Shown: positions 22,161-26,978 of the stretch, in pieces | How the letters are laid out: each line of letters starts with the position of its first letter | Numbering within the stretch: position 1 is the stretch's first letter | Origin: a virus | Lineage: Duplodnaviria > Caudoviricetes | DNA length: 26,978 nt | Virus record (IMG/VR): IMGVR_UViG_3300037424_000597 | Location: 1 to 26,978 of that record | Strand: one strand, 5' to 3' | The notes under the pieces: model-generated | Told to the model about the DNA's origin: nothing | The model's input: the letters and a program-made list of their open reading frames with translations, nothing else | The model's database searches: none | Translations under genes and position numbers: made by a program

Positions 22161-22796
22161 ATGGCAAATACTAATACCCCTTGGGGCTTCAAGCCCTTGT
22201 TTATGACTGAGGCGAGGAAAACTTGTCTCATTCTTCCCATTACTAATAACTATGGGACTGCTTTATATATCTACGACCCTGTTGTGGCTGTCACTGCAGG
22301 TACTATTGAGCGTGGAGCTACTAATGCTGAGTGGTGTGGAGTTATCTTAGGTCTTTACAAAAAGCTCGGACCTACTGCTACATACCGTCCTGAGCACTTA
22401 GAGCCAGTACAATATATGGGAGCTACTCCTGGAGCTACTTATGACTATGCTGCCTTAGTAGCAGTTGATCCTAATATCTTCCTAGTAGCTCAAGAGGATG
22501 GTGATACTGCTAGTTTACAGATTGCAGACAACTTCGGTAACTGCGATGCTGTCTTTACTGAGACTGCAAGTACTACTACCGGCATCTCTGCTGCGGAGAT
22601 CGACTCCAACTCAGCAGACAACACCGCCACTCGTCCCATTAAGCTGATCCTCCCTTGGACCGCCTACTACGACCCCATTGCCAACGCTTACAATGCTATC
22701 TCCACCACTGGTACTGCACTCAACTACTGCAAGTGGATTTGTAAAATCAACAACCATCAGTTTGGGCCTGGTTCCCTCGCTGTTGGTTTGGCGTAA
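22161..22796 (+). CDS. probable capsid decoration/cement protein
   Basis: MAN.N.P.GF.P start, Ala/Thr/Gly-rich, immediately upstream of the major capsid gene. Confidence 0.6.
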   Translation: MANTNTPWGFKPLFMTEARKTCLILPITNNYGTALYIYDPVVAVTAGTIERGATNAEWCGVILGLYKKLGPTATYRPEHLEPVQYMGATPGATYDYAALVAVDPNIFLVAQEDGDTASLQIADNFGNCDAVFTETASTTTGISAAEIDSNSADNTATRPIKLILPWTAYYDPIANAYNAISTTGTALNYCKWICKINNHQFGPGSLAVGLA

Positions 22797-22807
22797 GGAG
22801 TTAAACT

Positions 22808-23722
22808 ATGACTACTGAAAATCGTTCAATGTTTGTAAATAACTACACTCCTGCGCTGTTTGGCTTGGCAGTTGAGGAGTATAAACGCTATCCCGAGGTC
22901 TGGAGGCAGATTGTCCGGGTGGAGAGTAGCTCTAAGTACAAAGAAGAGATTGCCTTTAATGCCGGTTTGGGGCTTGTTCCTAAAAAGGGTGAGGGTGATC
23001 CTATTGCTACCGACCGTAGGCTAGCTGGTCCTAAGAAAGCATGGGTCCATGACACCTATGCTCTCTCAGGTCGTATCACCGAAGAGGCTATCGAAGACGA
23101 TCAGTATGGTACTATGCGAGACTTCGCTAGAGAACTTGGTGTCTCTGCTCGTGAGACTAGGCACATCATTGTAGCTGAGCCTTTTAACACTGGCTTTGTT
23201 ACTACCTACCACACCGCTGGTGACACAGGGGCTTTGTTTGCGTCCTCTAGGACTAAGCTTGGTGGAGGTACTTGGAGCAACTTAGCTACAGCATCGGCTC
23301 TTAGTTACTCTACTCTCCAAAACGCCATCCTTGCCTTTGAGTCCCAAACCGACCATCGTGGCAAGCGCATTATGCAAACGCCTATGACTCTCTTGGTTCC
23401 GCCGGCTTTAGAGTACAAAGCCCTCCAACTCTTAGAGTCCGTAGGACAACCTGAGTCTGCAAATAACGACATCAATGCCACCAAACGTGCTCGGCCTTCT
23501 TTGAAGCTCATCGTATGGCCCTACTTGACCTCTACCACTGGATGGTTCTTACTTGGTGAGAGTGTCAATAGCTCTGTGGGCCTAATCCACTTTGAGCGTG
23601 TTGGTGTGCAGTTTGGCAAGGAAGGAGACTTCATGACCGGGGATGCTATGTTTAAGACTCGGTTTAGGAACTCCATTGAGTGTAACAATCCTATTAATAT
23701 GTATGGTAATGCAGGAGCTTAA
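22808..23722 (+). CDS. major capsid protein (HK97 fold, Mu gpT-like family)
   Basis: 304 aa; K.EG.PI, YAL...ITEEAIEDDQY, P.TLLVPPALE..A..LL.S, WPYLTS...WFL motifs. Confidence 0.9.
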   Translation: MTTENRSMFVNNYTPALFGLAVEEYKRYPEVWRQIVRVESSSKYKEEIAFNAGLGLVPKKGEGDPIATDRRLAGPKKAWVHDTYALSGRITEEAIEDDQYGTMRDFARELGVSARETRHIIVAEPFNTGFVTTYHTAGDTGALFASSRTKLGGGTWSNLATASALSYSTLQNAILAFESQTDHRGKRIMQTPMTLLVPPALEYKALQLLESVGQPESANNDINATKRARPSLKLIVWPYLTSTTGWFLLGESVNSSVGLIHFERVGVQFGKEGDFMTGDAMFKTRFRNSIECNNPINMYGNAGA

Positions 23723-23733
23723 GGAGAAAACCA

Positions 23734-25341
23734 ATGGCCATGAGTAATTTCCCAAATGGGTTTCAACATGGGTTAACCGTTCGTAATCAGCCCATCCTCT
23801 CTACCCACTCTGGTACCATCTTTTGGGTAGGTAAAACTCCCGAGGGGCAAGCTGGTTCTAACGGCTACGATGGAACCTACAACTGGCCTTTTGCAACGAT
23901 TGATTTTGCTATTGGTAAGTGTACTGCTAACCATGGCGATATTATTGTTGTTAAAGCTGGACACACTGAGTCCATCACAGGCGCTGCTGGTATTGCTGCT
24001 GATGTGGCTGGTGTTTCTATTATAGGTCTTGGTTCTGGTGCAGATAGACCTACGATCACCTTCTCCAGCACCGATAACTCAGCTACCTTCACCATCACAG
24101 CAGCTAGTATAACCATCGAGAATATTATCGGGGTTGGAAATGATGATGCTCTCACTACTGGCTTTAGTGTAACTGGTTCCGACTGTTGGTTGGATATTGA
24201 ATGGCAGGATACCTCTGCTACTGTAGAAGCTGCGAGGGCAGTCACTGCGACTACAGTGAGTAGGTTCTACTGCAAACTAAAGTATGTTGGTTTCATTACA
24301 GGCAATGCCTGTGTTAATGCAATTCGATTAGTGGAAGTAACTGGAGCTAGAATCCTTGTAGATGCCTATGGTGAGTTCTCTACTGGTGTAGTAGAGATGG
24401 TCACCACGGCTAGTACTGATGTTCTAGTCTCTGGGTACTTCTACAATGACAATGCTGCCTTGACTAAGAATGTGGTTAATACAGGTGGTTTAGCCTGTAC
24501 CTGGTATGCTTATGGCTATGATGGCAAGGGAGGTTATAGCTTCTCTGGTGGCTCTGCTATTGCCCTAGCTGCTGATGATGTAAGCTCTGGCTCGGCTGTT
24601 CCGAGTGCTGACAATACTGATAATACCTTTACTAGGGATGTTATTGGTAATAAATCTGATGCTGCCGCCTCTGGTGCAGTTACAGCAACCGATACTATAA
24701 CCGCATATGTCAAACAACTGGTTACTGAACTAGCTGTAGTAGATGGGTACTTTGATGTACCTACTGCGGATGCAGCACCTGATACTACTATGCGAGATGT
24801 TGTTGGTAGAAAGACTGATGCAGCAGTTGCGGCAGTTACTACTAATAAGTCTCTAATGGGCTATGTTAAAGGACTATTAAATAGTAGTGTCCAACGTAAG
24901 ATGGTTATCTCTGATGCTCTTGTAGCTGCTGATATTACTGGTACTGCTACTCGTTTTACCATTTCAGGTGGTCCTATTAGAGTCTTAACTCTAGGTGCTT
25001 GGGTATCTACAGCCCTTCCTGCTGGAGCCAACACCATGCAGTTTGGCTACACTCCTGCTGGTGGTGCTGGAGCCAACACTCTAAGCGGTGCTACTGATAC
25101 TGCTTCTGCTGGCGCAGATCAGTTATTTTTACTTGATGGCGTTAAAGCTACTGGACCTGTTAAGACCACTGATGTTGGTGTTTTAGCTGGCGGCCAGTTG
25201 TTGGTTAGTACTCCAGTCCAAGGTGTATTGCTTGCTCCTGGTACAATTTCTACTATTTTTTCTGCTGGGCCTCCTGCAACTGGAGCTATAACTGTGTTCA
25301 TGGAGTATGAACCCATGACTCCTAGTGCTGCTGTAGCTTAA
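23734..25341 (+). CDS. virion structural protein with beta-helix (pectin-lyase-like) domain
   Basis: DGT...PFATIDFAIG.C.AN.GDII.V..GH.E ... GVSIIGLG.G..RPT motif; Ala/Thr/Gly-rich; two internal repeats of about 42 aa. Confidence 0.7.
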   Translation: MAMSNFPNGFQHGLTVRNQPILSTHSGTIFWVGKTPEGQAGSNGYDGTYNWPFATIDFAIGKCTANHGDIIVVKAGHTESITGAAGIAADVAGVSIIGLGSGADRPTITFSSTDNSATFTITAASITIENIIGVGNDDALTTGFSVTGSDCWLDIEWQDTSATVEAARAVTATTVSRFYCKLKYVGFITGNACVNAIRLVEVTGARILVDAYGEFSTGVVEMVTTASTDVLVSGYFYNDNAALTKNVVNTGGLACTWYAYGYDGKGGYSFSGGSAIALAADDVSSGSAVPSADNTDNTFTRDVIGNKSDAAASGAVTATDTITAYVKQLVTELAVVDGYFDVPTADAAPDTTMRDVVGRKTDAAVAAVTTNKSLMGYVKGLLNSSVQRKMVISDALVAADITGTATRFTISGGPIRVLTLGAWVSTALPAGANTMQFGYTPAGGAGANTLSGATDTASAGADQLFLLDGVKATGPVKTTDVGVLAGGQLLVSTPVQGVLLAPGTISTIFSAGPPATGAITVFMEYEPMTPSAAVA

Positions 25342-25355
25342 AAGGAGCTTTACTA

Positions 25356-25715
25356 GTGCCCATTTATGAGTACTACTGCTCAACTTGCAACGAAACCTTT
25401 GAGAGGTTGGAGTTATCTATTATTGAAATTCCGACCTCTCAATGTCCAAAATGCAAGGGGGTAGGTTCTAAGGTCATTTCAAGTCCTGCTATCGTGTATG
25501 ACTTATTTGACCCAACTGCTGTCCACAAACTACCTGATTGGCACACACAAAATGAAAAGGCCAAGGTGCATGATGCGAAAGTTAAGAGGCAGTTGAGGAA
25601 CCTACCCCCATTGCAGTATGATCGAGGTGCCGGAACTAAAGTCTATGAGACTGAGTTTGGAACCTCTGAACGAAGAAAACTTGAGTCTAAAGCTCAACTA
25701 GACAATATGCCATAG
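25356..25715 (+). CDS. FmdB-family zinc-ribbon protein
   Basis: MPIYEYYCSTC...FE ... CPKC.G..S.VIS signature. Confidence 0.85.
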   Translation: MPIYEYYCSTCNETFERLELSIIEIPTSQCPKCKGVGSKVISSPAIVYDLFDPTAVHKLPDWHTQNEKAKVHDAKVKRQLRNLPPLQYDRGAGTKVYETEFGTSERRKLESKAQLDNMP

Positions 25716-25725
25716 GAGGAAGGAG

Positions 25726-26046
25726 ATGGCTGATACAATTACTATAATTAATGAAATTATACAAATTGTTCCAAATGCTGCTGGCATTTCTAACTTTGAC
25801 ATCACCACGTACTTTCCTAATGGTATTAGACTGTCTGGAATAGGATGGACCGGTTCTGCAGCAACTGATGTGTTAAAAGTAAGAAATAGGACTGGTACTG
25901 GAGCTTTTATTACTAACCCTACTCTTACCAATACTCAGGATGCCATCACTTTTAATCCTCCTTTGGATTGTTTTCCTTATATCTTAGCCTCTGAGCAAAC
26001 TCAAGGCACTCCTGCTAATTGTATTATATCATTGTTCTTTTGTTAG
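25726..26046 (+). CDS. hypothetical structural protein
   Basis: AAGGAG SD; beta-rich composition; lies in the structural operon. Confidence 0.65.
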   Translation: MADTITIINEIIQIVPNAAGISNFDITTYFPNGIRLSGIGWTGSAATDVLKVRNRTGTGAFITNPTLTNTQDAITFNPPLDCFPYILASEQTQGTPANCIISLFFC

Positions 26047-26055
26047 AGGTATAAT

Positions 26056-26490
26056 ATGCCAGAAAAACTTGAAATTCCTAGGGCTTGGCTCAATACTACT
26101 GACTCCACGCTTGCAGGCGGCAGCGGCAAGGTGCCGAGTGATGGAATGGTGTCGGCTTTCGTTCGGGCCTCTGGGACTGTTACCAGCAGTGCCACACCTA
26201 CACCATCAGTAGGGACGGCAGGAGCAAGAATATTCTATACCGTGATGGCCTTAGCCGTAGGAGCAACTTTTGGTGCGCCCACAGGCACACCTGTTGATGG
26301 ACAGGAACTCATCATCAGGATTAAAGATAATGGTACTTCGCAGGCATTGGCTTGGAACGCAATTTACCGGACGGGGACCGATGTTATTTTACCTACTGCT
26401 ACAACTATAAGTAAAACTATGTATATTCAGTTTTGCTTTAATGGTGCTGATACCAAATGGGATATTGTTGGTAATGTTGGAGGATACTAA
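26056..26490 (+). CDS. fibre/spike-associated structural protein
   Basis: APTGTPVDGQELIIRIKDNGT..AL.WN..Y ... LPT.T...K..Y..F.FN..D.KWD domain typical of fibre proteins. Confidence 0.65.
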   Translation: MPEKLEIPRAWLNTTDSTLAGGSGKVPSDGMVSAFVRASGTVTSSATPTPSVGTAGARIFYTVMALAVGATFGAPTGTPVDGQELIIRIKDNGTSQALAWNAIYRTGTDVILPTATTISKTMYIQFCFNGADTKWDIVGNVGGY

Positions 26491-26978
26491 TGGCTTTCTT
26501 TGGTAGTGGCCGTTGGCAATCTATATTAAATAAATTTAACTCTATAACCAATCAGGTTGGGTTTCGGCGGGAGTGGGGAAATGGCAGAACCTTTATTGTC
26601 TCTCAGAATTTAGGAGAAGACCGGTTCTTGAATTACGAGCTTGCGGTTGGAGACGGGGCGGAGCCGACTTTGGGTGTAAATGCTATTCGTATTCAAACCG
26701 TAAAGGTTAAAAAATTGTATGGAGCTTATAATGATACCGATGCCCAAATAACAAAAAGTACTTCATGGACAGATGGCATAAACTCTGTCTATTTTGGAGG
26801 AAGAACTACTTATGCAAATGCTACCGGCCAATACATCGAGTTTACTACCCCATCAGGCATAACAGAGGTTGGTATAAATATATCCACTGGAAATAACTGT
26901 GGTGTAGCCAAAGTTGCTATTGATGGGGACTTAACTTTAGCAACTGGATTGCCAACTGCACAGCAATTAGTTGATGCT
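26490..26978 (+). CDS. structural protein with carbohydrate-binding-like module, runs off the right edge; missing from the ORF track
   Basis: ATG at 26490 (TAATG overlap, GGAGG SD), open to the window end; D..IT.S.SW ... GG...Y....G.YIEFT ... G.AKV.IDG pattern. Confidence 0.7.
   Translation, partial: MAFFGSGRWQSILNKFNSITNQVGFRREWGNGRTFIVSQNLGEDRFLNYELAVGDGAEPTLGVNAIRIQTVKVKKLYGAYNDTDAQITKSTSWTDGINSVYFGGRTTYANATGQYIEFTTPSGITEVGINISTGNNCGVAKVAIDGDLTLATGLPTAQQLVDA

Noticed and set aside
1-26978. Stop-codon reassignment (alternative genetic code)
   Set aside because: Large genes are intact in the standard code, and TAA, TAG and TGA all end well-supported genes.

Overview
The window is part of a tailed dsDNA phage (or prophage) genome and has three parts. 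(i) A long leftward operon (10928 to <1) of recombination and accessory genes: an Xis-like HTH protein, two HNH nucleases, a J-domain/vWA fusion, a Sak4-like AAA_24 ATPase, a DUF669-like SSB, a Cas4-like PD-(D/E)XK nuclease, many Cys-rich microproteins and a GC-rich insert with a truncated DUF5131 gene. (ii) A central control region: a short rightward operon, a T5orf172/GIY-YIG + AT-hook gene and about 1.25 kb of repeat-rich non-coding DNA. (iii) A rightward packaging/head operon behind a perfect sigma70 promoter: probable small terminase, large terminase, an ADP-ribosyltransferase-like protein, portal, scaffold, major capsid and capsid/fibre proteins. Four signals stand out. A complete type II hammerhead ribozyme fills the spacer after the SSB gene (4839-4945, minus strand), and its stem II overlaps the next gene's Shine-Dalgarno run. 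Correctly oriented sigma54-type -24/-12 motifs precede all three non-structural transcription units, with IHF-consensus sites and a 17-bp direct repeat nearby. A palindromic CYGTTT-N7-AAACRR element recurs at distant sites. An ART-like gene sits between terminase and portal. All protein assignments come from motif recognition by eye; no database search or folding program was run.
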